Source: Tubiluchus corallicola (taxonomy: Eukaryota; Animalia; Priapulida). From it: a DNA stretch of 64,000 nt. Shown piece by piece: positions 12,528-25,349 of this stretch. The stretch is taken from NCBI GenBank assembly GCA_030141605.1, contig JAQGDQ010000531.1, positions 88,608 to 152,607 of the forward strand, given 5' to 3'. How positions within the stretch are numbered: the stretch's first letter is position 1; every line of letters starts with the position of its first letter. The notes below the pieces were generated by a model. That model ran no database searches and was not told where the DNA came from. It saw nothing but the letters and a program-made list of their open reading frames with translations. The translations under genes were made by a program, and so were the position numbers.

Positions 12528-13846
12528 TCCTTTTCAATATTTATTGAGTACATTGTTTTAAGATATAGTTTAAGATTGGGTCTGTGTTTTCCTTTAAACA
12601 TTCACTGAATAATCAACATTACAGGAAATTCCATTACAAACGTTACAGCAAAAAAGTATGGCAGAAACAAATGATTAAAACGTTATATATATTATATATA
12701 TATATATAAACGTATAAATATGTATATATGTTTATATGTATGTATAATTATTATATTATATAAAATAATTTATATGCATAAACGCAATTTTGCGTTCACG
12801 CAGCTAGTTTTTCACTGTTACATGCATTTCGGAAAGGGGTCGCACAAGAAACAGGTGCTTTACATCTCAGTTCTGAGGTGTTCGTTGTGACATAGTACAC
12901 ATGTTTGACAGCTCATGCGTGAGTACAGCGCTAAATTTGAAATTTGAATTTTTATTTTAAAATTTGCTGGGCTTTTGTATATCACACTGACACTGTTGAA
13001 TGTACACTTTGAAAGCTGTACTTTAGAAGGACTGCTCCTCTTGCTATTACTTTTCAATACTCGACACGACACGGAATTGGACACAACGCAAATCATTTAC
13101 ATCAAACATCGAAGTTTAAAACCATATAGATAACACAGCACAAAAACCTGCACATCAATTATACACAAATTATTCCAGCTGAATCCTCATAATAATCCGT
13201 GAGCATAATGAACGCCAACATAAGACTTTGCAAATTGATTGAATTTCACGAACGCAACTTTCAGAACAACAACATTAAGTTGCCATGACGATACAGCTTC
13301 CAATGGCAGCAAAAATCTCCCTTCTTACTGAAATGAAAAGCAAGTTTGATTTTGGAAGGTTTTAGTAGATAAAGGCTGTTACTTTAGTGAAAATTAATTT
13401 TACTAGCAGCATAGTCTGTTTTACCAAATCTAAATATAAAAAATCTACTACATAATTCGTTACTATACTTTAACTTTATTCTGAGGTGGACTGCACACAT
13501 TATTGCAATGTCATATTGTGATCTCCCAAGCTGCATCAATCAATTCAATTCAGTTCGCATCAACTTTTATTTCGGCGATAAAATTGCAGTATGTTACTAC
13601 ACATATACAAGCACACAAAATATTAACTCAACTAATTACATGTCACAACAACAACAACAAATTTTAATATTAAAAGCTACCTACACCAAATAAGAATGAC
13701 TTCAACAACTTGAAAATCAAACACTTACAAGAGCAACCTAATTATCTCAATTTATCGTTTCTTTTCAACTAAAAGAGTAGAACTTATTGGTTTCTTCTAA
13801 TGGAATCTCCATAATAATATAAATTGAACAGACGTTTAAATATCTA

Positions 13847-14295
13847 TCAGTTCCCTTGCCACCCAACCCATATGTCAGATTTTGATTCGAAACGTGCACT
13901 TTAGCAAGGCTGCAATTGCTGCAGATTGTTAACCTCAAAAGGACTTTCTCTTTGCCAGTTGCATTTATCCATCTTTACTGGTGGAACAGAATACTTCTTA
14001 TGCAATGTTGTGTTTTTATTGTACCATACTTTACTCATATTTTCTGTCAAAAGCCATCGGTGTACACTTATATAACGTTCACACAGCTCTTCGTAATTTT
14101 GTATGTTTTCACGTTTGACAGATAAACTAACTTTGCCAGTGTAATGGCGCTGATTGTCGCCAAAGAAATTCAGTTTTTGGTTGGTTTTTTCCTCCCAAGT
14201 ACTCCGCCACCATCCAAGAGCAAATCCACCATAATTTGTACATAGAAGTTCTTCTCTACTAAGAATTACAAAGTCTTCATCCATGAAAGCGCCAC
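13847..14295 (-). pseudogene. Orphan exon 2 of a GT31 paralogue (probable pseudogene)
   Basis: Acceptor ttttcccccAG then (G)GAFMDEDFVILSRE-ELLC..W..FGDNQR..LCERYISVH..KVW, aligning to exon 2 of the gene at 21171 (GWRRMDEFFFLVSR..LLC..W..DDNAR..MCSKIIVVH..KIW) with the same phase-1 intron position. About 12 residues are missing after SR, and a TAA at 13901-13903 falls before apparent similarity ends at 13847. Confidence 0.72.
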
Positions 14296-14449
14296 CTGGG
14301 GGAAAACCAAAGGATGCTTTAGTCGTTTACACCAAGAACACATCACTAGCGACAATTTCAACAACAGTGAGAACAGAAACTGGAAAAACAATGATAATGA
14401 TATGTGAAAGATAATGTTTGTAAACTATTTTACCGTCTTTGTAACAATA

Positions 14450-15590
14450 CTTAATAATTTTTTAAGTGTTTATGTATATTTTCAGCGGAAGTATTTCAAA
14501 CTTTTGCTAAGCATGTATACATTGAACTACCAGTGCAGGTAAATGGTTCCAGTAAAGAGATGCTGTATACATGGCCAGAGTTCAATGCTCTATCACGAGG
14601 TCTATCAATGCTCTATCAAGAACTATCACGAGGTCTTGTTCAATGACGACGTTTTCCTGATTGTCAACCATTACATTAAAAGCTTGAGTTGAAACTTGTG
14701 TATTTGCAGGAAAGTCGACAACCCACATTTGCAGGTTAATTAGACTGGTTGAAAAATTGTAGACTGGTCAAATCATATTGTTCAAATCATTGTTTTAGAT
14801 CAGCAATCTGTAATTGAGATGAGAGTAGTGCGGCACTGAGAAATTAAGTTTAAAAATACAACTTATAATAATTAACAGTAAATTTCAGAATTGGAAACTA
14901 AATTCTGAAGCACAGCTCGCATCTGTGACAAACTGGTTGAAAAGCTAAAAGGTGCAATTTCATGGTGAAGTGGAATTCCTAGATAATCCAGATAAATCGT
15001 AGAGTTCTATAAAAACAAAATTACGTATTAACAATTTTGTTCAAAGAAACTACTGTTTGGACGTGGCAGTCTGTGGGACACACTTCAGTCATCATCGCAT
15101 TCATATTCTCAGCAATAATTAGAATTAGTTTGTTGGTATCTTCACTAGGTAACTCAGGCATGCCTTCTATTTAAAGGCAATCCCTGCATATACTGTTCCA
15201 GTCTGTCAACTGCACTAGTATCATGTTGATCTTGCAGTGTTGATCATACATACCCTGGCATTGATTTTCAACTTCACAACGGGTTTCAATACGACACTTC
15301 TGATCTTTGTGCTCAGCACTAAAATGCACTTCATACTGTGTGCCAATGAATTCCTGACTGTGTGTTAAGTCCGATATTTGTTTGTCTAAGTTGTCTAATC
15401 TAGCATTTACTAATGTAATTAAATTCCTCAGTGACATGGTTAACTGCTGTAGAGTAGGGGTTTCACTGTCAGCTCTGCCTTTATCACCTGATTCATCCAT
15501 TTCAGGAGCCTTCTATAGGGTTTCATAGGTAGCAAGCGTTGCTAATGTGGAGTTTTCTCTGGCATTTTTGCTATCAACAGTGGTTGGCAT
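14450..15590 (-). mobile_element. Degenerate, internally deleted LINE (CR1/L2-like)
   Basis: ORF1-like coiled coil LDNLDKQISDLTHSQEFIGTQYE followed, across a frameshift and stop, by LEQY..RDCL*IEGMPELPSEDTNKLILIIAENM; ORF2 C-terminal-like YTASLYWNHLP near 14535-14570. Confidence 0.6.
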
Positions 15591-17021
15591 ATTACCAGGA
15601 ATCCCTTAAGAGACTGTATCGGTCTGTTTAAATTGTCACAGTGGGATAAAAAGGTGCTGGTAATTTTTGATCTACACTAGCCACTTCACTGCCTGTATGA
15701 CGAGAATCTACCGTCATGCTTAATATGCAAATTAGCTGACGCCCATGCCAGTAGCAATAATACTTACACACTCCACGTGCAATTGAGGAATCTAGCTTCG
15801 AAAACAAAAAGCGGTGGTATCCTCTATTGTCTAAAAAAGATGATATAGAAGCTACAACACATTCATGGCCAAACACGTGCAAAATGAGCATGCGCCAGCT
15901 GGAATACAAATTGCACGGCAGTGAAGTGGCTAGACACACTGCCATCAAGTATTTGATCTAGGTTACACATACACATTTCATATTGGGGATCACTATCAGC
16001 CTAATCAGTTTTAGTTTCAGGCAACACAATGTCTGAACAGGATGATAAGTTAACGGATTCCTCAATAAATATTTTATCAATGGCTCTGAGCTCCGCTTCA
16101 GTAATAGCTTTACTTTCTTGCGGCTCTAGTAATTTCAGTTCCATTTCGTTTTCCAGTTTTTGTGGCTAAAATTTCCATAAGGCATTTTCAGCATCTAGCT
16201 TAGTCGTGGTTTCTCTTCTCGCTACTCTGTTTGATACAGACTCAGTCTTTGATACATATGATGCACATGTCTTCATCATAATTCGTTAAACTTACTCCAG
16301 CGCAGTAAACTTTTTGCGTTCGCCACTTGTCGAAGTGAACTCGAAGGCAACATTTTTTAATATAAGTATGTTTTAGTACAATATTTTATAATATAACTTT
16401 ATTATAATATAACTTTTTACTCGTAACTCATTTTTTGGATCTTTCTTTAATTATATTTATTGAGCACTTTAAAACGGTAATTTGCCATAACAAATCCGTG
16501 CATTGCAATAATAGAAATCCTCTGTGTCAAGGTCACTGTTACACCCATGTCATCGTTACATGAAATTTACCTGTAATATTGAATATAACGGTTCTTTATC
16601 CTTTCTAGACACACAACTTCATCATGATCAGGATGCTGTATGCTACATATGTTTTTAGAAAAAAACACGTTTACTGGTCTATACACTGATTTTGAATTTT
16701 TCTTCAAAGTGACAAGATAGAATACTGATGGAGCAGAGAGTGTTTATACTTTCTTTTAAATTTTGGAAATGATGGCAATTTCGGCGTTTGAGACGTTTCA
16801 TAAAAAACCACAGCATTTTATTGAAATTTGCGAAGATTATTATTGCGTTTAACAGATTGATAGTTAAGCTTGTATCGAATGTTGTATCCACGAATATTTA
16901 CATTTGCTCAAAGTAGTTATCGAAATACGATGGAAGTAAATTGCTGTTGTACTTGTACATAAAAATAGCAGTATAGTAGCATAGCTGTATAGCAAAAATA
17001 GCAGTACAATAAAAATAGCTT

Positions 17022-17023
<2 letters not shown>

Positions 17024-17102
<79 letters not shown>
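17024..17102. repeat. (CA)n microsatellite
   Basis: Directly visible; explains the spurious CVCVCV ORFs. Confidence 0.97.
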
Positions 17103-17104
<2 letters not shown>

Positions 17105-17829
17105 TATATCGTAAAAATCTAAAAAAATCTAGATTCTTAATAAGGCGCAGGTTGTTCTTTACAGGTGGGAATAAATGGTTTTAGCAATACGTTTTTGAAG
17201 AAGATAAAGACAAACTCGATGCATAATTGCTACACCAAATAATATTACAATGCTGATCAAACGGTAAGATTAGAGAGTTGCACAATATTGGAAGGATATA
17301 TATGGGCAGGAAATGTCTGACTTCAATTCTGTTGTAATGAGGGATACGTCCAATATGTATATTTGTAAATGAAAGAGCCAGCTTCTAAAAATCACTGTGT
17401 TTATTGAGCAACGATCGTCTAATACAGCTGTTATCAAACTATAAATCAAACCAAAAACAAGAATAAATAAAACATTAATGATTCAAAGGCACAAACAGAA
17501 ACTACAAAACAATAGACTGGCATCTAAATTATTGAAATAAATGATGATATAACTTGAAAATATGCATAGAATTGCCTTAGACATGAGAATCAGAAAGGAT
17601 CACAACACAATAAAGAATTAGAGAAAATCTACATAATAAAGAATCGTAGCAGTAAGCATTAGAAGAACAAAAACACAACTTCTACATTTTGCTCAATTTA
17701 CAACAAGGTGGAACTACAATAGGGGTAACCAGCAGCGCTGCTCTGACACAAAGAATAAATCCTCAAGGACCATTACAGTCTGTGTAACATAGTCAAACAA
17801 ATTCCAAAAGGAATAAGTACCACGGATGA

Positions 17830-18020
17830 CAGTTGATTGTTAATAATTTTGTGGTGTTTCATAATGTATAGGCCTCAGCTATCTTGAGAGCTTGAGCATT
17901 ACTTGCACTATATAAAATGCTAAATGCAGAGTCGAAGCCATGCCCTTGCAATGCTAGCCTGTTCTAGTACAAAGATGGCGCTTCGTCTGAACTTGTGTAC
18001 ATGTGTACTTTTGTACAACA
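17830..18020 (-). mobile_element. Penelope-like GIY-YIG endonuclease remnant
   Basis: HGFDSAFSIL*..SNAQALKIAEAY.. resembles the H..FD..F.IL....N...L.I.EA pattern of PLE endonucleases. Confidence 0.4.
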
Positions 18021-18210
18021 TTAGAACATCTTTTGTAGTCGCAGTTTGTGCCTTTGTATCATTAATGTGTTATTTATTATTGTTTTTGCCTTGATTTACA
18101 GTTTGATAATGGCTACAGTAGCCGCAATCATTTCTCACTAAACATAATTATATTTATATTTTGTGATAGAATTTTCTTTTGATCTTTCAAGACCTAAACA
18201 CAAAAGAAAT

Positions 18211-19197
18211 TTATGCAATGCAATTTTCCCCATATTTGTCAAGGAACCAGTGATAGTTTAATTTAGCACGGCGGATCTTTTTGTTAACACCAGTTAACCA
18301 ATTATTGTTTATCAAATAAGGATGTAGAGCTTGTCTATGAGTGTCTGAATCTCTGTAAATCATTCCATCTGCAATAAAATGATATGGATACAATGCACAC
18401 CTTGCATTTGCGAATTTGTTTTTGCACAAGAAGTCCATCACATCATCAGCATGCTCCCCGTTGGTATCTCTTTCTGCAATATGAACCATTTTTTGCCATA
18501 TGGCTATGCCACTAGATGTGGCGTTAACAAAAATATAGCTAAAGCTTAAGTTTGAAGCTGCTAAATTGCGGCCAGATTGAGCTGCCAAGATGTCATAATC
18601 TCTAAACTGAGACAAAACCAAAGGAAGTGGATTTTTTATCCAAATTGAGTCAGTTTCAAAAAGTTGGAACGAAATCTCACTTTGCAAAATAAATAAAAGA
18701 AGTTTTATCCATTCCAAGGTTAACACATGATGCTCGCGAGACCCCGATGAATACTTTCCCTGGAGATTCGCTTTAGTTCTATAATGATAAATATTTAAGT
18801 CTGGCCACTTTGTCAATAACCTTTTGGCTGTGTTTTTATCTGTTGTGATAAAAACAACTTGTTCATGAAGGTTCATATTTCTAGTGTTACATAGCCAACT
18901 CTCGACGAATTCACGAAATCCTTTGTTAAAAAGTGTGATTAATGGAAGCTTTCTTTTAGATGTTATATTCTTAAGTATAAGAAGCAAGCTATGCTTGTTA
19001 CTTGGAATATTAAATCGGCTCGGTCGTTTTTCAATTTGTCTAACTGCCATTTCGTCAAGCCATTTTTTGACAACTTCGCCTTTTGATAACAGATTGCCTG
19101 TGCTAGCACGATTAATACCATTCAGATAGACACCGACGCCGTATATCAAAAATACGCATAGCACAACCAATACGATGCAGTATATTTTGTTGCGCAT
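18211..19197 (-). CDS. GT77 nucleotide-diphospho-sugar transferase (Nucleotid_trans), type II membrane, 328 aa, intronless
   Basis: N-terminal anchor IYCIVLVVLCVFLIYGVGVYL; LFNKGFREFVESWLCN; VFITTD; FETDSIWIKNPL (metal-binding motif); INNNWLTGVNKKIRRAKLNYHWFL. Confidence 0.9.
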   Translation of the reverse strand: MRNKIYCIVLVVLCVFLIYGVGVYLNGINRASTGNLLSKGEVVKKWLDEMAVRQIEKRPSRFNIPSNKHSLLLILKNITSKRKLPLITLFNKGFREFVESWLCNTRNMNLHEQVVFITTDKNTAKRLLTKWPDLNIYHYRTKANLQGKYSSGSREHHVLTLEWIKLLLFILQSEISFQLFETDSIWIKNPLPLVLSQFRDYDILAAQSGRNLAASNLSFSYIFVNATSSGIAIWQKMVHIAERDTNGEHADDVMDFLCKNKFANARCALYPYHFIADGMIYRDSDTHRQALHPYLINNNWLTGVNKKIRRAKLNYHWFLDKYGENCIA

Positions 19198-20227
19198 TTC
19201 TAAACGTTTTTAACACTTCACAGTCTGATAATGTGCACTTTCGCCCGTTGTATGTAGGACTTATTGTTTAGGTAATGTGCATTGCATGATGCTCTGTAAT
19301 AATTATTATTATTACACACGGTATCTCATATCTTCCTGTGCGTGTTGTGAATTAAAGTAGACAGACAAGAAGAATCACAGCAAAGCGACCAAGTTCGAAA
19401 ACTCACCACGATTCCACCTAAGACGAATGCTGCTATAGTCGTTTGGGAATGGGAATGTTGCAGATTACATTTATTTATACAGTGGCTCATGACATCTGCC
19501 AACGCCTCATACCATCAATTTAAGGGAAATTCAATGAAACTTAAGTCGAGGACCTTTGTTGCACAATAACGCATTTTTGCCGCTTGTTAAGCAGTTCTGT
19601 TTAATCACTCTATTTTACTGTTAAATTGTTCTGCACGCCAAACCTGACCTTTCATGTCAGAATTCAAGTTTTATCTGCAGAAAAATAACTGTTAACCTCT
19701 TTACCAGCCACTTTGCTTTACCAGGTACTTGTTAATACACAATGATGGACTAGTTAATCTTTTCCTATTAAGGGATTAGCCATTTTTCTAAAAAACAGCT
19801 CAACCACGTGAAACTACTGCAAAAAACACCAAAAATGTTCAAAGAATTTTACAAAGAAGTATCAAATTGTGCGATATATTAATTTGCCTATCAGGACGAG
19901 GATGAAGTGGTGTTAGCCTGCAATTTAAATGGATAAAAGGAACATTATATCTTAACAGTTACGTAGCTAAAAATGAGCACGTCGAACAGTTGCGATCGTA
20001 GTTACCGCAGTATGCAGCAAATATTTCAAAATTTAAGAGAAGGAATGAGACAGCTAAAAGTTATGGTTCAGCTGTGAGTGCTGGTAGCTGATATATAATA
20101 ACTTAATAATTATAAATCCTCCTTTACTAGGACTAATCTCTCACTAATCAAGATATTGCCAAGTATCTTTCAGAAACACATACTTCCTCTACGACGTGAT
20201 TGATAAAAGCATAATTATCTAATCGCA

Positions 20228-20801
20228 ATGATAAAAGCTAACGTAACTAAAATAGCAATTCGTTTTCTAATACTAGCTGTTCTCGTTTATTATGTATGCA
20301 TTGTAGTGATGAAAACTGAACTACTGCTCTTGAAAAATCGCAATAAGTTCGACATGAAAATTCATTATGCAGAAAACGTAACTGGCACCAAAAGGAAAAT
20401 ATTGCTCTTTGTAGGAATCACAAGTGCACATAAGGAGAGAAGGGATGCAATTCGGTCATCATGGATGAAATGGTGCGATGACTTTGATGATGTGATTTGT
20501 CTATTTTTCATTCAAGCACAGGATATGTTTGGAGAAAGACTTGATGATGTGACTTTTAGCCAACTTACAGACGAAACTAAAATTCACGGAGACACTATAT
20601 TGGCAGATACACCTGGCGGTTTGAATTTTGGAAGACGTTTAGTGTGGATGTGGAACTGGGCTTTCCACAGATACGATTTCAAGTACTTTTTAAAAATAGA
20701 CGACGACACGTTTTTGTGCTTAAAAAAAGTAAGAGCAGAACTGATTGTGCTGCCATACGAAAAAGTAAATTGGGGATACAGACACTGCGAAAAAACTACA
20801 G
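20228..20801 (+). CDS. GT31 beta-1,3-glycosyltransferase (galactosyltransferase-like), exon 1
   Basis: TM IAIRFLILAVLVYYVCIVVM; LLFVGITSA..RRDAIRSSW; E..HGD; YFLKIDDDTF. Donor G|GTATGG at 20801/20802. Confidence 0.9.
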
Positions 20802-21170
20802 GTATGGAATTTTTTGTTCCAAAATGAAAATAAATCTAGATACAACTTATAATTTGCTCAAACTATATCTTTTTAGGGTTTGTAGAGTAAATGTTATTGG
20901 AAAAATGTCTTGCAGAAAATGTCTTGTTAGAATCACTGGTTTTGACATTAGCTTGCATACATTATGAGAGTTTTCTGCGTTATCTTCCAATTATTTAGTA
21001 AAAAGTGAAAAAAATAATTCGTTCTTGTCAATTCTTATTCAATTGATTCCATAAAAGAACTAGTCCTTTCTTCTTGTGACAGCTACAACCATAATGTTCA
21101 TATTGGCAGATTTTCTAAACAAAATTAGCTGTTTGTGATAGAACGTTATAATTTTTGACTTTTTTCTTAG

Positions 21171-21631
21171 GCTGGAGGCGCATGGACGAATTCTTTTTCT
21201 TAGTATCAAGAAATATTATTCAAGAGATTCTACGTAAATACTGGGCAAATTCACTTTTGTGTGATGAACATGCTGCAATATCTGCAAGAGTGTGGCTTTA
21301 TGAGATTAACAATGTCACATACTTGGATGATAATGCCAGGTTGCTCATAAACTTTGACAAGCATTTTCAGTTTCGCTCTCATGACATGTGTAGCAAAATT
21401 ATTGTCGTTCACCAGGCCTATCCACCCGAGATAAAAAAAATTTGGGATTTGACAAAGGAATCCGTGCTTTATGAAAATTATACGACCAGTTTTTTCAAAA
21501 GTTGTCCTCTCGGCAAGCCTACATATGAAAACAAACGTTTTAAATATTGCCACAACGAGACGTTTACTAGGACAGGTTTCTATGCTGGAGGAGAAGCAAG
21601 ATTTTATAAGCGATATCAACGAATGGGTTAA
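21171..21631 (+). CDS. GT31 beta-1,3-glycosyltransferase, exon 2
   Basis: Acceptor tttttcttAG ends at 21170; the phase-1 join gives a continuous 344-aa protein (574+461 nt). Confidence 0.82.
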
Positions 21632-21709
21632 ACGAATATTTTTTCTTCTCCAAGACATCAGCATTATGAAGTTAGCCAACTAACATTTATATATCCTACA
21701 TATGAAATG

Positions 21710-21842
21710 CTATATATATATATAACATATATAACGTAAAATTATACATTATAAGTTAAGGTTAACAGATTATATTAGAAATCAATAAATATATGTAATA
21801 AACTATATATATATATATATAATTTTGGAATTTACTTTGCAG

Positions 21843-21872
<30 letters not shown>
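21710..21872. repeat. (TA)n microsatellite cluster
   Basis: Directly visible. Confidence 0.9.
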
Positions 21873-21873
<1 letters not shown>

Positions 21874-24067
21874 GCTGCAAAGTAAATTCCAAAATTTTGC
21901 CTACATAAAAGACCAAACGGAGTAGCAAGTTACCACACATCATCTGGCACCCGTACTTTGTAAAAAAGTACAAATAATAATTTTCAACAAAACCAAAGTA
22001 TGATTGCACAGCAAATCGAAAAATATTTATTCAATACAAGTTTGAAAACTTTTCGTTGTGTGCATCAATACAAAAAATGTGATCAAACGCTCCTTACGTA
22101 ATTTTTTACCCCAGTTGGTCACTAACTGTCAGGCCTGCTCACATACTTTTGTAAATATTGCTTGACCCCACGTTGCTACTGCAGGACCAAATGTTACATT
22201 TTCTTGTGAAAAAAACAAACAAACAGAAACAATCAAAGCCTCTGGACTCTGGTTTTCTTTTATCTGCGACACTGTGAGAGAAAAAAATGCAGCTGCAGAC
22301 TACTTTGTGCTAGAACTTAAAGGAAAACCAGATGACTGATTAGCACTCACTTTTAATTACCGTTCAAAATATGCATTTTCTTGCCATTTTCTTATCAAAA
22401 GTTTCTTATCAATTGTTTCTAATATTTGAATAATTACTTTGGAAAGTTAATTAACGGCAACCGAACACGGCTGTAGATTACGTCACAAACTAACTATAGT
22501 TTGTGCAATGGTGGGCATCTTCCCTGCACGTCAAGCACTTTTGCATAAATGAAGGATGCTATGACGCGCTGGTGTTATGTCTCAGAAATTAGCACTACAT
22601 CACAGTGATGTCACAAACGAACACTGCAGTTCATCATCATGTTTATCACGGTATGCGCCTATATGTTGGCCAACCGAAGGTGACAAAAAGACATCATTAA
22701 GTGCCAGTCTTAAACGATTCGCTAAGCCACATGTAACTTTGAAAATTTAACAAAATTTATCTAGTGGAGGTAATTAATCTAAGCTTTGATCTAAAAAGCT
22801 GTTGTAGTTCAATATATCAGAGTATACTTTAGTTAAAAAACTACGCAATCTTCCGGATTCAATTTAATGTGGTATGAGAATTGATGTAAGGTAGTGATAA
22901 CAGTATTTTGTCTGTGATTAGAGTTGTTTTACATATGTGCTATTTTTTGTAATTAGCATTATTCACTTATATGATATGAGTATTCAGTAATATGATTATT
23001 CACTTCACGTTTTACTGATCATGTTTACTGATAAGAAATGAAGCAAATAAAAACACTAAGTGAAATGACTAAAACTAAATTATAATAATGCACACGTTTT
23101 GGCCTGCTATCTGCACCCTCAGCTGAATCTTACTGAGGGTTTATTGTCAGTCCCTTGTCAATCAAAAGGAAGCCGCAGATGGCGGATGGCTGCAGTCATA
23201 GGCAGATGGCAGACATTCGAAGCTCCAGGAGTGTCAAACGTTGGTACTTACAATGTAGTCATACAATGTAGCCAAACAATGGAGGAGAGATTAAATCAGG
23301 TGTGTGACGTCATTGTCCGTATTAAAATTATGCTGCAGTTAATTTTGTACTTCAAATAAGATATCCACTTTTCTTCCACGTTTGGGTTTGATTCCTGCCC
23401 ATCCTTTAATACCTCTCCTCTATTTCATGTTTATTGCAGCAAGTTTGAGGTCTCATGAAATCAGTTTGTTATTTTAATGGCGCCTCAAACAAAGTGGTTT
23501 TTGTCTTCTCATCGTAATCAAATTTCTCTGAGAGGAGGCCAGACGGTTCCTGGGCAGTTTTGCTAGTAGCCAGGAAACTTTGTCGTGTACGTCATCTGTC
23601 CAAGTAGATCATGACAGTTGTTAGTGGAGTAGCGGAATGCAGACGTTCAGATTTAGGAGTTTTCAGTGTAGTTTGGAAATGCCTAATGAGGTTGCCGCCG
23701 AAGTTTGAGAACGAGGAACTTTTCTCGCTTCCTCCGCCATTTGCTGACTCCTGCAGGAGTGAACGGAGACGTTTTGGAGATACTGGGATTCTTGTTTCTG
23801 GTTAAAACTGTTTTTTGGTGGAGTCTACAATGCGTGAGCCATTGCAAACTGTTCCGGTTTGATTTCTTGGTTTTGGAAGTGTGATCCTGGATAACTGGGC
23901 ACACGGTACCACGTCCTGATGATAGCCCATTGGTACAGCTGTATGTCAAATGCATTTTGGGAGAGTGTGAAGCTTCTTAATGTGAAGCGGTGAACGATTA
24001 GCGCGCGCTTCTGAATGTGAGTGGTGGCAGTGCATTTACTCATAATGTCATTTTTATCCTTTTCTTA

Positions 24068-24418
24068 CTATTCTTCTCGCCACCCCTGCATCCTACCAGA
24101 GACAGATTCGAGGACCTTCCCAAGAGAAGCTAACTTCAGCAGCAGGCATAGTTTTCAATACGGTTTTCAACCGACTTGGTCAAAAACAAAAGCTAAGCAA
24201 TCAGGCTAGCAATATGCATAACTTGCATTGGTTTACATTTGTGACATTTTTTAAATCTATTTGCTACCCGTTTCGTGACCTTGCAGTTTTCTTCTTCTTT
24301 TTTTTAACACATGCCTTCGGAAATTTTGTGAGGCTGTAAAGCTTCTCAATGCAAAGTGGTGCAGGATTAGCGCATACCTCTGACAGAGAACAGTGGCAGA
24401 GAAAATGCTATTCTTCTT
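24068..24418 (+). repeat. Dispersed repeat, near-identical copy at about 31312-31659
   Basis: Shared gagacagatt..gaccttcccaagagaagctaacttcagcagcagg..gagaaaatgctattcttct. Confidence 0.9.
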
Positions 24419-24749
24419 GGGATTACCGCGGGTATCGGCTCCAGGCGTCACAAGCTCTAACTGAGTAACTTTCTGGACGGATTGGACAATTCCGTCCAAA
24501 GGACAGAGCCACCAGTTGGGTTTAACACCCCAGGCGAACCTAAAAAAAATAAATAAATAAATCAGCTAGGAGGTCTAGGAATGAGCCACGGTAAGCTCCC
24601 CCAGCAGGACCCAGAGGTTTGATTAACAATCTCTTTTGCAGTAATATATTTCGTTTTCTATATATTCTTTCATATAATACACCATAGAGTGTCAAAAATG
24701 GTGGCAGTGGTCGTCACAATTAGTGTCAAAATGTGCAAAAACAGCCAAT

Positions 24750-25045
24750 ATTATAATTATGCATTATTTCAAGGTCTTAAAATTCTTGGTATATGGTTTC
24801 ACTAACCACAGTTTTAATTTATGCATTTTCTTCATCCTTTAATGCTCCCCATCGTTGCAGAGGAATATGCCGCCATCTTGGTTTAAATAACTATTTTATT
24901 AACTTTAATTTTGCATAACTATTAATGGCAAGTCTTTTTTTCTAATTTTGGTTTGTCATTGTCACTCTCTTTATGGATCCTTTCAATTTTGATAACTTCC
25001 TCCTGCTTTATTGTTCTACGTACAGTGCAAAGTTTGATGATTTGT
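24750..25045 (+). repeat. Dispersed repeat, diverged copy at about 29840-30145
   Basis: Shared tatgcattatttca..ggtttcact..ttttaatttatgcatt..taatgctccc..tggatcc..gcaaagtt.gatgatttgtt. Confidence 0.8.
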
Positions 25046-25051
25046 TATTTT

Positions 25052-25080
25052 TTGTTGTTGTCGTTGTTGTTGTTGTTGTT

Positions 25081-25139
<59 letters not shown>

Positions 25140-25164
25140 CGTCGTTGTTGTTGTTATTATTATT
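25052..25164. repeat. (GTT)n trinucleotide microsatellite
   Basis: Directly visible; explains the poly-Leu and poly-Val ORFs. Confidence 0.97.
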
Positions 25165-25349
25165 TAGGTGTAACAGACAACAATGTTAATCTTTTCTTCA
25201 AAAGTTTCTTTATTTGAATTAAAGTAATGAAGTTTTAAAGAAGTTTGCTTTATTTTCCAAGGCGGAAGTTAAAAGAGTTGCAAAAAAGTTGCGCTGCCAC
25301 CGCTCTTAAAAGGCGAATACTAATGTGTTACAGGATATGAATGTCACAC

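Noticed and set aside
16864-17099. CVCVCV ORFs, and similar HTHT (12344), poly-L/V (24953) and SLSL (40849) ORFs
   Set aside because: Translations of microsatellites.
23400-24050. GC-richer coding-like stretch with several short ORFs
   Set aside because: No recognisable motif in any frame; probably transposon debris.
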